A stretch of 64,000 nucleotides of DNA from Ostrea edulis (lineage: Eukaryota), in NCBI RefSeq assembly GCF_947568905.1, contig NC_079171.1, forward strand, positions 52,824,001-52,888,000. Direction: 5' to 3'. Positions 1-13,626 of this stretch are shown here, one piece after another. Under the pieces are notes generated by a model. The model was not told where the DNA came from. It saw nothing but the letters and a program-made list of their open reading frames with translations, and did no database searches. The position numbers and the translations under genes were made by a program. Every line of letters begins with the position of its first letter. The first letter of the stretch is position 1.

Positions 1-3000
1 TAACACCAAGGGCATACAAGGATTATTATGCCTTGTTCACTCATGTCCTTTCTATGAACTGAATACAACTAGCATTCTCACACTTGAAAATGTATCTAAC
101 TATTATTAAGACATGGAAATCAAAAAATAAAGAAAAGAGGCCCATCACCAAGGACATACATGGATTATTATGCCTTGTTCACACATGCCCTTTATATCAA
201 CTAAATGTAAACAATATTCACACATGAAAATACACAGATTTTGGTTGGATGCGTGTTTTCTGTGTGGTCGGTGTTTGAATAGATGTAGGCTTATTACCTG
301 TGTAGTGATGTTGTTGGGGTTTTGTGCTCAGCGCTTTCGGGAGTCCGTGGTCGTTGGGATGTGAGGATTCAGGCTGTCATTCGCTTCGGTATTGTTTGGT
401 CTGTTTATTGCCTGTTGTTTGTGTGGTCATCTTAACTACAGATTGCTCCGCTTGCTTGGTAGGGATATGGGACTTGGTGGCCGCTTTTTCATGAATTGAA
501 TGCAATTATTCACACAGGAAAATAATGAAGTCTTAGGATAAACAAGGATTATTATGCCTTCTTCACTCATGCCCTTTCTATGAACTGAACACAACTAGCA
601 TTTTCACACTTGCAAATGTATCTAATTATTATTAACACATGGAAATAAAAAAAAAATAAAGAACAGAAGCCCATCACCAAGGACATACAAGGATTATTAT
701 GCCTTGTTCACACTTGCCCTTTATATCAACTGAATGTAAACAATAATCACACATGAAAATACACAGATTTTGGTTGGATGCGTGTTTTCTGTGTGGTCGG
801 TGTTTGAATAAAGGTAGGCAATTTACCTGTGTAGTGATGTTGTTGGGTTTTGTGGTCAGCGCTTTCGGGAGTCCGTGGTCGTTGTGATGTGAGGATTCAG
901 GCTGTCATTCGCTTCGGTATTGTTTGATCTGTTTATTGCCTGTTGTTTGTGTCGTCATCTTAACTACAGATTGCTCCGCTTGCTTGGTAGGGATATGAAA
1001 TTCGGGGCAAGCAGGGACGGTGGCCGCTTTTTCATGAATTGAATGCAATTATTCACACAGGGAGATAATGAAGTCTTAGGACAAACAAGGATTATTATGC
1101 CTTGTTCACTTATGTCCTTCACATACACTGACTGTACACGAACTGAAAAATAAAAACCTTTAACACCGAGGGCATACAAGGATTATTATGCCTTGTTCAC
1201 ACTTGCACTTTATATAAACTGAATGTAAACAATATTCACACGCAACTAGTATTGACCCACGAAAATACACAGAATTTAGTTGGATGCGTGTTTCCTGTGT
1301 GGTCGGTGTTTGTTTCAGTAGAGGCAGGCTGTGTGCCGCTTTTTCGTGAATTGAATGTAACTATTCACACAGGAAAATAATGAAGTCTTAGGACAAACAA
1401 GGATTATTATGCCTTCTTCACTTATGTCCTTCACATACACTGACTGTACACGCACTGAAAAATAAAGACCTTCCACACCGAGGGCATACAAGGATTATTA
1501 TGCCTTGTTCACTCATGTCCTTTCTATGAACTGAATACAACTAGCATTCTCACACTTGAAAATGTATCTAACTATTATTAAGACATGGAAATCAAAAAAT
1601 AAAGAAAAGAGGCCCATCACCAAGGACATACATGGATTATTATTCCTTGTTCACACATGCCCTTTATATCAACTAAATGTAAACAATATTCACACATGAA
1701 AATACACAGATTTTGGTTGGATGCGTGTTTTCTGTGTGGTCGGTGTTTGAATAGATGTAGGCTTATTACCTGTGTAGTGATGTTGTTGGGGTTTTGTGGT
1801 TAGCGCTCTCGGGAGTCCGTGGTCGTTGTGATTTGAGGATTCAGGCTGTCATTCGCTTCGGTGTTGTTTGGTCTGTTCATTGTCTGTTGTTTATGTCGTC
1901 ATCTTAACTACAGATTGCTCCGCTTGCTTGGTAGGGATATGGGACTCGGGGGAAGCAGGGACGGTGACCGCTTTTTCATGAATTGAATGCAATTATTCAC
2001 ACAGGGAGATAATGAAGTATTAGGACAAACAAGGATTATTATGCCTTCTTCACTTATGTCCTTCACATACACTGACTGTACAGGAACTGAAAAATAAAGA
2101 CCTTTAACACCGAGGGCATACAAGTATTATTATGCCTTGTTCACACTTGCCCTTTATATCAACTGAATGTAAACAATATTCACACGCAACTAGTATTCAC
2201 CCATGAAAATACACAGATTTTGGTTGGATGCGTGTTTTCTGTGTGGTCGGTGTTTGAATAAAGGTAGGCAATTTACCTGTGTAGTGATGTTATTGGGGTT
2301 TTGTGATCTGCACTTTCGGGAGTCAGTGGTCGTTGTGATGTGCGAATTCAGGCTGTCATTCGCTTCGGTATTGTTTGGTCTGTTTATTGCCTGTTGTTTG
2401 TGTGGTCATCTTAACTACAGATTGCTCCGCTTGCTTGGTAGGGATATGGGACTTGGTGGCCGCTTTTTCATGAATTGAATGCAATTATTCACACAGGAAA
2501 ATAATGAAGTCTTAGGATAAACAAGGATTATTATGCCTTCTTCACTCATGCCCTTTCTATGAACTGAACACAACTAGCATTTTCACACTTGCAAATGTAT
2601 CTAATTATTATTAACACATGGAAATAAAAAAAAAATAAAGAACAGAAGCCCATCACCAAGGACATACAAGGATTATTATGCCTTGTTCACACTTGCCCTT
2701 TATATCAACTGAATGTAAACAATAATCACACATGAAAATACACAGATTTTGGTTGGATGCGTGTTTTCTGTGTGGTCGGTGATTGAATAAAGGTAGGCAA
2801 TTTACCTGTGTAGTGATGTTGTTGGGTTTTGTGGTCAGCGCTTTCGGGAGTCCGTGGTCGTTGTGATGTGAGGATTCAGGCTGTCATTCGCTTCGGTGTT
2901 GTTTGGTTTGTTTATTGCCTGTTGTTTGTGTGGTCATCTTAACTACAGATTGCTCCGCTTGCTTGGTAGGGATATGGGATTCGGGGGAAGGAGGGACGGT

Positions 3001-6000
3001 GGCCGCTTTTTCATTAATAAAATGCAATTATTCACACAGGGAGATAATGAAGCCTTAGGACAAACAAGGATTATTATGCCTTCTTCACTTATGTCCTTCA
3101 CACACACTGACTGTACACGCACCGAAAAATAAAGACCTTTAACACCAAGGGCATACAAGGATTATTATGCCTTGTTCACTCATGTCCTTTCTATGAACTG
3201 AATACAACTAGCATTCTCACACTTGAAAATGTATCTAACTATTATTAAGACATGGAAATCAAAAAATAAAGAAAAGAGGCCCATCACCAAGGACATACAT
3301 GGATTATTATGCCTTGTTCACACATGCCCTTTATATCAACTAAATGTAAACAATATTCACACATGAAAATACACAGATTTTGGTTGGATGCGTGTTTTCT
3401 GTGTGGTCGGTGTTTGAATAGATGTAGGCTTATTACCTGTGTAGTGATGTTGTTGGGGTTTTGTGCTCAGCGCTTTCGGGAGTCCGTGGTCGTTGGGATG
3501 TGAGGATTCAGGCTGTCATTCGCTTCGGTATTGTTTGGTCTGTTTATTGCCTGTTGTTTGTGTGGTCATCTTAACTACAGATTGCTCCGCTTGCTTGGTA
3601 GGGATATGGGACTTGGTGGCCGCTTTTTCATGAATTGAATGCAATTATTCACACAGGAAAATAATGAAGTCTTAGGATAAACAAGGATTATTATGCCTTC
3701 TTCACTCATGCCCTTTCTATGAACTGAACACAACTAGCATTTTCACACTTGCAAATGTATCTAATTATTATTAACACATGGAAATAAAAAAAAAATAAAG
3801 AACAGAAGCCCATCACCAAGGACATACAAGGATTATTATGCCTTGTTCACACTTGCCCTTTATATCAACTGAATGTAAACAATAATCACACATGAAAATA
3901 CACAGATTTTGGTTGGATGCGTGTTTTCTGTGTGGTCGGTGTTTGAATAAAGGTAGGCAATTTACCTGTGTAGTGATGTTGTTGGGTTTTGTGGTCAGCG
4001 CTTTCGGGAGTCCGTGGTCGTTGTGATGTGAGGATTCAGGCTGTCATTCGCTTCGGTATTGTTTGATCTGTTTATTGCCTGTTGTTTGTGTGGTCATCTT
4101 AACTACAGATTGCTCCGCTTGCTTGGTAGGGATATGGGACTTGGTGGCCGCTTTTTCATGAATTGAATGCAATTATTCACACAGGAAAATAATGAAGTCT
4201 TAGGATAAACAAGGATTATTATGCCTTCTTCACTCATGCCCTTTCTATGAACTGAACACAACTAGCATTTTCACACTTGCAAATGTATCTAATTATTATT
4301 AACACATGGAAATAAAAAAAAATAAAGAACAGAAGCCCATCACCAAGGACATACAAGGATTATTATGCCTTGTTCACACTTGCCCTTTATATCAACTGAA
4401 TGTAAACAATAATCACACATGAAAATACACAGATTTTGGTTGGATGCGTGTTTTCTGTGTGGTCGGTGTTTGAATAAAGGTAGGTAATTTACCTGTGTAG
4501 TGATGTTGTTGGGTTTTGTGGTCAGCGCTTTCGGGAGTCCGTGGTCGTTGTGATGTGAGGATTCAGGCTGTCATTCGCTTCGGTATTGTTTGATCTGTTT
4601 ATTGCCTGTTGTTTGTGTCGTCATCTTAACTACAGATTGCTCCGCTTGCTTGGTAGGGATATGAAATTCGGGGCAAGCAGGGACGGTGGCCGCTTTTTCA
4701 TGAATTGAATGCAATTATTCACACAGGGAGATAATGAAGTCTTAGGACAAACAAGGATTATTATGCCTTGTTCACTTATGTCCTTCACATACACTGACTG
4801 TACACGAACTGAAAAATAAAAACCTTTAACACCGAGGGCATACAAGGATTATTATGCCTTGTTCACACTTGCCCTTTATATAAACTGAATGTAAACAATA
4901 TTCACACGCAACTAGTATTGACCCACGAAAATACACAGAATTTAGTTGGATGCGTGTTTCCTGTGTGGTCGGTGTTTGTTTCAGTAGAGGCAGGCTGTGT
5001 GCCGCTTTTTCGTGAATTGAATGTAACTATTCACACAGGAAAATAATGAAGTCTTAGGACAAACAAGGATTATCATGCCTTCTTCACTTATGTCCTTCAC
5101 ATACACTGACTGTACACGCACTGAAAAATAAAGACCTTCCACACCGAGGGCATAAAAGGATTATTATGCCTTGTTCACACATGCCCTTTATATCAATTAA
5201 ATGTAAACAATATTCACACATGAAAATACACAGATTTCGGTTGGATGCGTGTTTTCTGTGTGGTCGGTGTTTGAATAGTGGTAGGCTTTTACCTGTGTAG
5301 TGATGTTGTTGGGGTTTTGTGGTCAGCACTCCCGGGAGTCCATGGTCGTTGTGATGTGAGGATTTAGGCTGCCATTCGCTTCGGTGTTGTTTGGTCTGTT
5401 TATTGCCTATTGTTTTTGTGGTCATCTTTGTGAAATCAAAAAATAAAGAAAAGAGGCCCATTACCAAGGACATACATGGATTATTATGCCTTGTTCACAC
5501 ATGTCCTTTATATCAACTGAATGTAAACAATATTCACACATGAAAATACACAGATTTTGGTTGGATGCGTGTTTTCTGTGTGGTCGGTGTTTGAATAAAG
5601 GTAGGTAATTTACCTGTGTAGTGATGTTGTTGGGGTTTTGTGGTCAGCGCTTTCGGGAGTCCGTGGTCGTTGTGATGTGAGGATTCAGGCTGCCATTCGC
5701 TTCGGTATTGTTTGATCTGTTTATTGCCTGTTGTTTGTGTCGTCATCTTAACTACAGATTGCTCCGCTTTCTTGGTAGGGATATGAAATTCGGGGCAAGC
5801 AGGGACGGTGGCCGCTTTTTCATGAATTGAATGCAATTATTCACACAGGGAGATAATGAAGTCTTAGGACAAACAAGGATTATTATGCCTTGTTCACTTA
5901 TGTCCTTCACATACACTGACTGTACACGAACTGAAAAATAAAAACCTTTAACACCGAGGGCATACAAGGATTATTATGCCTTGTTCACACTTGCCCTTTA

Positions 6001-8640
6001 TATAAACTGAATGTAAACAATATTCACACGCAACTAGTATTGACCCACGAAAATACACAGAATTTAGTTGGATGCGTGTTTCCTGTGTGGTCGGTGTTTG
6101 TTTCAGTAGAGGCAGGCTGTGTGCCGCTTTTTCGTGAATTGAATGTAACTATTCACACAGGAAAATAATGAAGTCTTAGGACAAACAAGGATTATTATGC
6201 CTTCTTCACTTATGTCCTTCACATACACTGACTGTACACGCACTGAAAAATAAAGACCTTCCACACCGAGGGCATAAAAGGATTATTATGCCTTGTTCAC
6301 ACATGCCCTTTATATCAATTGAATGTAAACAATATTCACACATGAAAATACACAGATTTCGGTTGGATGCGTGTTTTCTGTGTGGTCGGTGTTTGAATAG
6401 TGGTAGGCTTTTACCTGTGTAGTGATGTTGTTGGGGTTTTGTGGTCAGCACTCCCGGGAGTCCATGGTCGTTGTGATGTGAGGATTGAGGCTGCCATTCG
6501 CTTCGGTGTTGTTTGGTCTGTTTATTGCCTATTGTTTTTGTGGTCATCTTTGAGAAATCAAAAAATAAAGAAAAGAGGCCCATCACCAAGGACATACATG
6601 GATTATTATGCCTTGTTCACACATGTCCTTTATATCAACTGAATGTAAACAATATTCACACATGAAAATACACAGATTTTGGTTGGATGCGTGTTTTCTG
6701 TGTGGTCAGTGTTTGAATAGATGTAGGCTTATTACCTGTGTAGTGATGTTGTTGGGGTTTTGTGCTCAGCGCTTTCGGGAGTCCGTGGTCGTTGGGATGT
6801 GAGGATTCAGGCTGTCATTCGCTTCGGTGTTGTTTGGTCTGTTCATTGCCTGTTGTTTGTGTCGTCATCTTAACTACAGATTGCTCCGCTTGCTTGGTAG
6901 GGATATGGGATTCGGGGCAAGTAGGGACGGTGGCCGCCTTTTCATGAATTGAATGTAATTATTAACACAGGGAGATAATGAAGTCTTAGGACAAAAAAAA
7001 GGATTATTATGCCTTGTTCACTTTTGTCCTTCACATACACTGACTGTACACGCACTGAAAAATAAAGACCTTTAACACCGAGGGCATACAAGGATTATTA
7101 TGCCTTGTTCACACTTGCCCGCTATATCAACTGAATGTAAACAATATTCACACGCAACTAGCATTCACCCATGAAAATACACAGATTTTGGTGGGATGCG
7201 TGTTTTCTGTGTGGTCGGTGTTTGAATAGAGATAGGCTGTTTACCTGTGTAGGGATGTTGTTAGGGTTTTGTGGTCAGCGCTTGCGGGAGTCCGTGGTCG
7301 TTGTGATGTGAGGATTGAGGCTGTCATTCGCTTCGTTGTTGTTTGGTCTGTTTATTGCCTGTTGTTTGTGTGGTCATCTTAACTACAGATTGTTCCGTTT
7401 GCTTGGTAGGGATATGGGATTTGGTGGCCGCTTTTTCATGAATTGAATGCAATTATTCACACAGGAAAATAATGAAGTTTTAGGACAAACAAAGATTATT
7501 ATGCCTTCTTCACTCATGCCCTTTCTATGAACTGAACACAACTAGCATTTTCACACTTGCAAATGTATCTAACTATTATTAACACATGGAAATAAAAAAA
7601 AAATAAAGAACAGAAGCCCATCACCAAAGACATACAAGGATTATTATGCCTTGTTCACACTTGCCCTTTATATCAACTGAATGTAAACAATAATCACACA
7701 TGAAAATACACAGATTTTGGTTGGATGCGTGTTTTCTGTGTGGTCGGTGTTTGAATAGAGGTAGGCTTATTACCTGTGTAGTGATGTTGTTGGGGTTTTG
7801 TGCTCAGCGCTTTCGGGAGTCCGTGGTCGTTGTGATGTGAGGATTCAGGCTGTCATTCGCTTCGGTGTTGTTTGGTCTGTTTATTGCCTGTTGTTTGTGT
7901 CGTCATCTTAACTACAGATTGCTCCGCTTGCTTGGTAGGGATATGGGATTCGGGGCAAACAGGAACGGTGGCCGCTTTTTCATGAATTGAATGCAATTCT
8001 TCACACAGGAAGATAATGAAATCTTAGGACAAACAAGGATTACTATGCCCTGTTCACTTATGTCATTCACATACACTGACTGTACACGCACTGAAAAATA
8101 AAGACCTTCAACACCGAGGGCATACAAGGATTATTATGCCTTGTTCACTCATGTCCTTTCTATGACCTGAATACAACTAGCATTCTCACACATGAAAATG
8201 TATCTAACTATTATTAATAAATGGGGAAAAAAATAAAGAGGCCCATCACGAAGGACATACAAGTATTATTATGCCTTGTTATATCAACTGAATATAAACA
8301 ATATTCACACGCAACTATTATTCACGCATGAAAATACACAGATTTCGTTTGGATGCATGCTTTCTGTCTTTATGCCTTGTTCACTTATATCCTTCACATA
8401 CACTGACTGTACACGCACTGAAAAATAAAGACCTTTAACACCGAGGACATAGAAGGAATATTATGCCTTCTTCACTCATGCCCTTTCTAAACACTGCATA
8501 CAACTAGCAATCACACACTTGAAAATTTATCTAAGTAGTATTAACACATGGAAATAACAGGTTTTGCGTTTTTGGGATCAGTGACACGCATGGGGTCGGG
8601 GTTTCGGTCCTTTATATTAACTGAATGTAACTACATGTAG
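1..8640. repeat. Complex higher-order satellite array (sub-motif GGATTATTATGCCTTGTTCAC; nested periods ~527, ~1122 and ~3139 bp), truncated by the window start and degenerating at ~8150-8640
   Basis: Position 1 recurs at 3140 (ORFs 170 and 3309 are identical, offset 3139). Block ~3560-4085 repeats at about +528. ORF pairs 4630/5752 and 5084/6206 are offset 1122. GT-rich core alternates with AT-rich modules. Confidence 0.97.
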
Positions 8641-9327
8641 TATTAACACACAGTAATAAATGAGACATATAAAATATACATATACACCATAATTGAGCAT
8701 TGTGTTGAAGCTGTTTGGTCCGAATTACAATATTTTTGTTCTATCTCGTGAAAACGCTATTAAATCATCGCACGTATGTAATTATGAGGCTGTACGACAT
8801 ATTATAAATTATTTCACCTGTTTTAACCCAAATAATTTGATTTTAAATCGATGTTTACAAATAACTGCGTCACTCTGCCATTTCAAATGACAGTCACGTG
8901 ACCAGTTCAAACTTTCAGATCATCGGTGGTCGTATCTGTGTATTTTGTTAAAACAGTACCGCACCATAATTTTAATAGAAATAAAAATATCAAATACCTC
9001 TTAGTAATTCGTTGTTTTACGCTCTTTCAGAACTTAAAACTAGACAGTTGCGTATGAGTTAATACATCATGTTGGGATTTCCCTGACGCGCGTGGGTCTA
9101 TTTATGGGATGGTTTATATATGTAGCCACTATATTTACTTTTCAAATAATATTCGCACTGTTTTCTTTTACATGCAGATGTTTTCAAGCATGTAACCTGA
9201 GTTTTGATAGCAATGACCTGTCCACAACTGCTATTTTCTTGTAATTCAATTGTTTTTAAAAAGACCCCTGAACAATATGCAATTTCAATATAATTGTAAT
9301 GTTTTCCCCTCTATATACCTGTACATG

Positions 9328-9606
9328 TTACACAATCAGAAATCAAACAATGATTTGCACAATAATTTCTAAAACTTGTAACCTATTGAAATACATGCAA
9401 GGTAATTTATGTCATCAATTTATGATACTTCTATATTTATAACAGAAATTATATGTACATGTGCATATATTATAATGTACATGTATTATAAATTACACAA
9501 TCAGAAATCAATCAATGATTTGCACAATAATTTCTAAAACTTGTAACCTATTGAAATAATTTATGTCATCAATTTATGATACCTCTATATTTATAACAGA
9601 AATTAT
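9328..9606. repeat. Two-copy direct duplication of a ~115-125 bp AT-rich segment
   Basis: TTACACAATCAGAAATCAA...ATAACAGAAATTAT occurs at 9328 and again at 9493. Confidence 0.85.
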
Positions 9607-9663
9607 TCATTGAGTCAATGACAGAGAGAGAGGGGGGATGGGTGTAGAATGTGTGTCAGCTAC

Positions 9664-9746
9664 CCTTAGGAATACAACCATTATTCAAAACTATGGCCAC
9701 AGAAACTCTGCAGAGGTCACTGAGACAGGTCCTGTGTATATCAAAA
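9664..9746 (-). other. Candidate internal exon of an unidentified minus-strand gene (xFDIHRTCLSDLCRVSVAIVLNNGCIPKG)
   Basis: CTTTTATAG acceptor, open 83-nt phase 2-to-1 frame, weak GTAGCT donor, locally higher GC. No recognisable homology. Confidence 0.25.
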
Positions 9747-10749
9747 CTATAAAAGAGCAGGGACAGGTAGATTTCTACCACCTTTTGTCTCTGTGTGTTT
9801 CTTTGAGTGTCATGAAAATTTACGCATTCTAATGTTTAAAAAACATAATGACCGTACGGTCATGAGATGGGTCTTTAAGGGAAAGTCAATAACTTTATAA
9901 AGTAATTAATCTGCTTTAAAGTAATTATGTACAAAAATAATACATCAACATCGGGTCATACAGCTTTAAATGTACTTTGGAAAATTCGAAATTATTAGAA
10001 GCCGGTTTCGATATTTACTATTGTATGGAAATAGAGTAAACACAAAAAAAAAAAAAATCTCTATTTACTTCGAACCTAGTACATTCACTCTCTATGTTTA
10101 CAAAGATGACAGGCAAGGTATTGTTTCTTAATAGTATCCTGTTTCAATGTTTTAAATTATTCAAACGTGTAGTAAAACGAGTCAATTGACATTTTGTTGG
10201 ACAATACGATGTTTTATCTATACAATCGTCACCAAGTCCGGAATATCAATAACTTTATGTTAGATAAATAAAACCTACAACGTTCTATATATTCTTTTTT
10301 TTTTAAATAATCAGTTTTAGAAATAGTAATTACTTAAAATTTACGCATTCTAATGTATATAAAACATAATTATCATTAATATTCGATTATATTCGAGATT
10401 GTATTATGAAGTAAAATTAATTAAAATGGAAACAAGCTACCGTGTCTCACATTGTCTGTTAACTTTAGATTGTATTTTGAAATTTAAGTCTCGGTGTAAA
10501 TTCATAAATTGATAGCTATTCTAACACATTGAATTATTTCTTATATATTGAATGAAAAATTATACAAATCCAATTGAGGGTTTTGGTCAGATACTTACAA
10601 GACTGCAGGGAAGTTCTCCTGGTGGAAAGTAACCGTCAACTGAGGAAATTCAAAGCCGTAACAGTTATATTTGTCACGGCCAATTAGAAAACGCTCACCC
10701 AAGGACTCAAACCCAATAATTATCACGACTCATATCACCGATGTCTTAC

Positions 10750-10808
10750 CTGTAGTATTCGTTAATTACTTGACGGGCGTCCCACTTGGAGTAGTACTGG
10801 ATAAACAT
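10750..10808 (-). other. Candidate first coding exon of an unidentified minus-strand gene (MFIQYYSKWDARQVINEYY)
   Basis: ATG at 10808 and a strong CAG|GTAAGA donor at 10750/10749. A further 41-nt exon-like segment lies at 10599-10639 (CCTCAG acceptor, GTAAGT donor). Confidence 0.25.
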
Positions 10809-11463
10809 CGGACAGATGGCAGACTGAGTGATCCTTGTAATTAAATGTCAGCAATTAGGTGGATTAAAAAATATCTTGAGGATCAATGCCACTTCCCGCA
10901 ATAATTAATAAACCCTAATGCCGACAACGTATGCCCTCCGGGAAAACATATCTATATGAGTGGTGTATTTGTTGTATATTTAAAATGAAATTAATTCGTA
11001 TTCATCTAAAATTATCTTTTAAAACTTCAACATATTTCCCCCAAAATACGTTGATTTAAAAAATCTTTATTGGACAATCTTTCATTGCAACGGTAAAATT
11101 GTTTATTTATACTGAATATCACAATTTTCCACTGGGTTGCTGTGTTTTTAGAGTATCGTCCCCTTTTAATGTTGTTTATATAATATTTACCGGCTGCACA
11201 AGAGCGCTAACTGTTTTGATACTGATTTTCAAACCAAGTACGTTTCTGCAGAATAATTTTTTTTTTTCATTTCTGTAGTAAACTCGGTGTGATGTAGATA
11301 TATTTTTTGGAAAATTATTTCCAAGATTAATGTAAAACATTCTTAATTTGGGATTGAAGTTCATGCTCATATTATAACCTCGAAGTTTAATGTATAAGAC
11401 ATTGTTTGTAAACATTATCGAATTATTTACGAATAAATATTGTTTAAACTAACCTCGAAGTTT

Positions 11464-11672
11464 ATAATGTAAAACTTACACGGCACCAATGTTGATGCAC
11501 CAGATCCGTATTTCCATAAATAATGTCTGTTCAGTGATGCTCAACCGAAATGTTTGAAATTCCAAATAACGATAAACTTGCTAGAGCTATTATAGGGGAA
11601 AACAGAGTTCCAAAAAGTGGAGTCAAATTCGTCTAAGGATAAGAGTTATGCAAGAGGGAGATAATCCTTAAT
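11464..11672 (-). mobile_element. Partial non-LTR retrozyme / Penelope-related element, degenerate hammerhead
   Basis: Homologous to 21525-21781. Its hammerhead core is mutated (CTGAACA instead of CTGANGA; helix II broken). Confidence 0.7.
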
Positions 11673-12599
11673 ATCTCTCAAAACAAATCAAGCGTGTTAA
11701 CAGAAAAATTCTAATCAACATTAGAGCTGCGTCTGATTAGGGTTCAAGTTATTCCATTTACATGTATTACTTTTATTCATTCATGAAATACAAAAATGAT
11801 ATGCAGTTGGGTTTTTTTAATTGATGCAGGATAATTTTTGCGGATTCATGCAGTACCAACCAGACCCAACCTGACAGAAAGCAGTCCCACAGCAGTCCAG
11901 TCCCACAGTAGCCCCAGTAAACAAACTAAAAAGCGGTCCCAGTAGGCGGGATTAAAATAACTAGTGGGAGGAGATAAGCCGACAGTGAGATTATCAATAC
12001 ACATTGTCGATAATCGCTGGAGCGCGCCAATACGATAGTCGAAATTGAAGATAATGACTTACAATGTAATTAAAGAGAAAACAATACATTATACATGAAA
12101 ACAGCACATATTCAAAATACTTATGCGACACTTCTTCATGAATTTATAACAAAATGATTTATGAATAGGAGTGCAAAAAGATACATGCAGAGTTTATAAG
12201 TCTGATAACAACAATTTCACAGCGTAAAATTAACTGACGTCCATGTTCTCTCAGGCAATTTTGTGGTTGTTATTCATTATTTTTTTTAATATTTCATAGA
12301 TGTGAAGTGTATCTTGAGTTCTGAAAATTACGTTGCAAAATTATATTTATTTCTTGACTGGGTTATTGAAATAAATGTGTTTAAAGTCGCCTAAATGATT
12401 AATTCACTTATCGTCTATATTAAACTAGCAAAAACGGCTTTCCACTTACGTGTACACGTATTTTTAATTTGTAAATGATTGGTTAGATATGGGTTACTTA
12501 TTGCCAACATTGAAAAATTGTTTAATTTCACCAAAACATTTAGACAGATTTAAATCATTATGAAGATTCCAATGAATGTACACCTGTTTTAACTTGAAC

Positions 12600-12616
12600 T
12601 ATATATATATAACTTG

Positions 12617-12666
<50 letters not shown>
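12600..12666. repeat. (TA)n microsatellite with a duplicated AACTTGAACT leader
   Basis: Direct reading. Confidence 0.95.
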
Positions 12667-12669
<3 letters not shown>

Positions 12670-13564
12670 CACTGAAAAGGCCACGACACTGTTGGTTATT
12701 TAAAACTCGAATTTTCGACGCAACCCGCGTCTTTATCAAGAGACATATATTACATAAACAAATAACATGCAAAAACAACAAGTATCGATAAACTACATTG
12801 ATGACAAGAGTGATACACTGTTGTACTGAGTGATAAAAATGGTGGTGGTTTAGTTGTAAAACGTGTTTACTGACTATGGTTTAGAGAGTTTGTACCATGG
12901 TCGGGTCGGGATGAAAATAGAATTATTCTTGAAAATTACAGAAATCAGATAAATTTAGAGGGAAAACTTACAAAACAATGTGATTATGGAGTAAAATGGT
13001 GGGAAGATAATGATATGGACTTATTAAGTTCAAAATATAAATATATATATATATGGTTTATTTTAATTTTACATGAAAATATCACTGAAGTACACATACT
13101 TTCAAATTGTTACGTAAAATCATACTTTAGTGGAAAAAGAACCAGTCGAACGTGATGACCTTCCCTCACGCTATTCTTTCTGATACAATCTCGGGTGGAA
13201 ATGCCGTATCGTGTATTGTATTGTTTTTAGGTACATTATGTAACATATATTACAATAATAACATAAGTGAAGAAGACATCATTAAGTTATAATAAAGAAA
13301 AAGGTTAAGCACAAAATAGAGCATGTGTCTCAAATATAAAGGACATGTTTATTGCTATGTTGAGGATAAACCTCTTTATGGTGTGACCCCGTGTAACACT
13401 GAATTCGTAGCCGCAAGAGTAGCGCTCACCTCCGCACTCTCTAAAGACTGTTCGCTACATGTACTGCTATTGTCCTTTTTAGATCCAAATTTCCCATTTA
13501 TTTTCCTTGTGGAAGCCACTAAAAGTTATACGTTGGCTATAACCCGATAAAATCTATATATAAA

Positions 13565-13626
13565 AGCTCACCAGCAATGATGATGTCTCCATATGAGTGA
13601 GAAATTCTCGCTATACAATCAACCAA
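13565..13626 (+). mobile_element. 3' tail fragment of the SINE family seen at 14402 and 17586
   Basis: CACCAGCAATGATGATGTCTCCATATGAGTGAGAAATTCTCG...ACAATCAACC matches those SINE 3' ends. Confidence 0.75.

Noticed and set aside
170-8127. Recurring 64-129 aa ORFs in the satellite as protein-coding genes
   Set aside because: They recur only because the DNA repeats; differences between copies are largely non-synonymous, and no domain is recognisable.
1-8640. CRISPR-like array (recurring 21-24-bp motif with intervening sequence)
   Set aside because: Eukaryotic context, intervening segments are themselves repeated and of variable length, and no cas genes are present.
9074-9083. Perfect NF-kB site GGGATTTCCC
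   Set aside because: About 12 kb from the TLR start and on its 3' side, inside a probable repeat remnant; a single 10-mer is expected by chance.
12700-12746. Second hammerhead-like motif on the minus strand (TTGATAA-A-GACGC/GCGTC-GAAA)
   Set aside because: It has helix II and a U3-A8 variant core, but no helix I partner can be found, so it is not a complete ribozyme.
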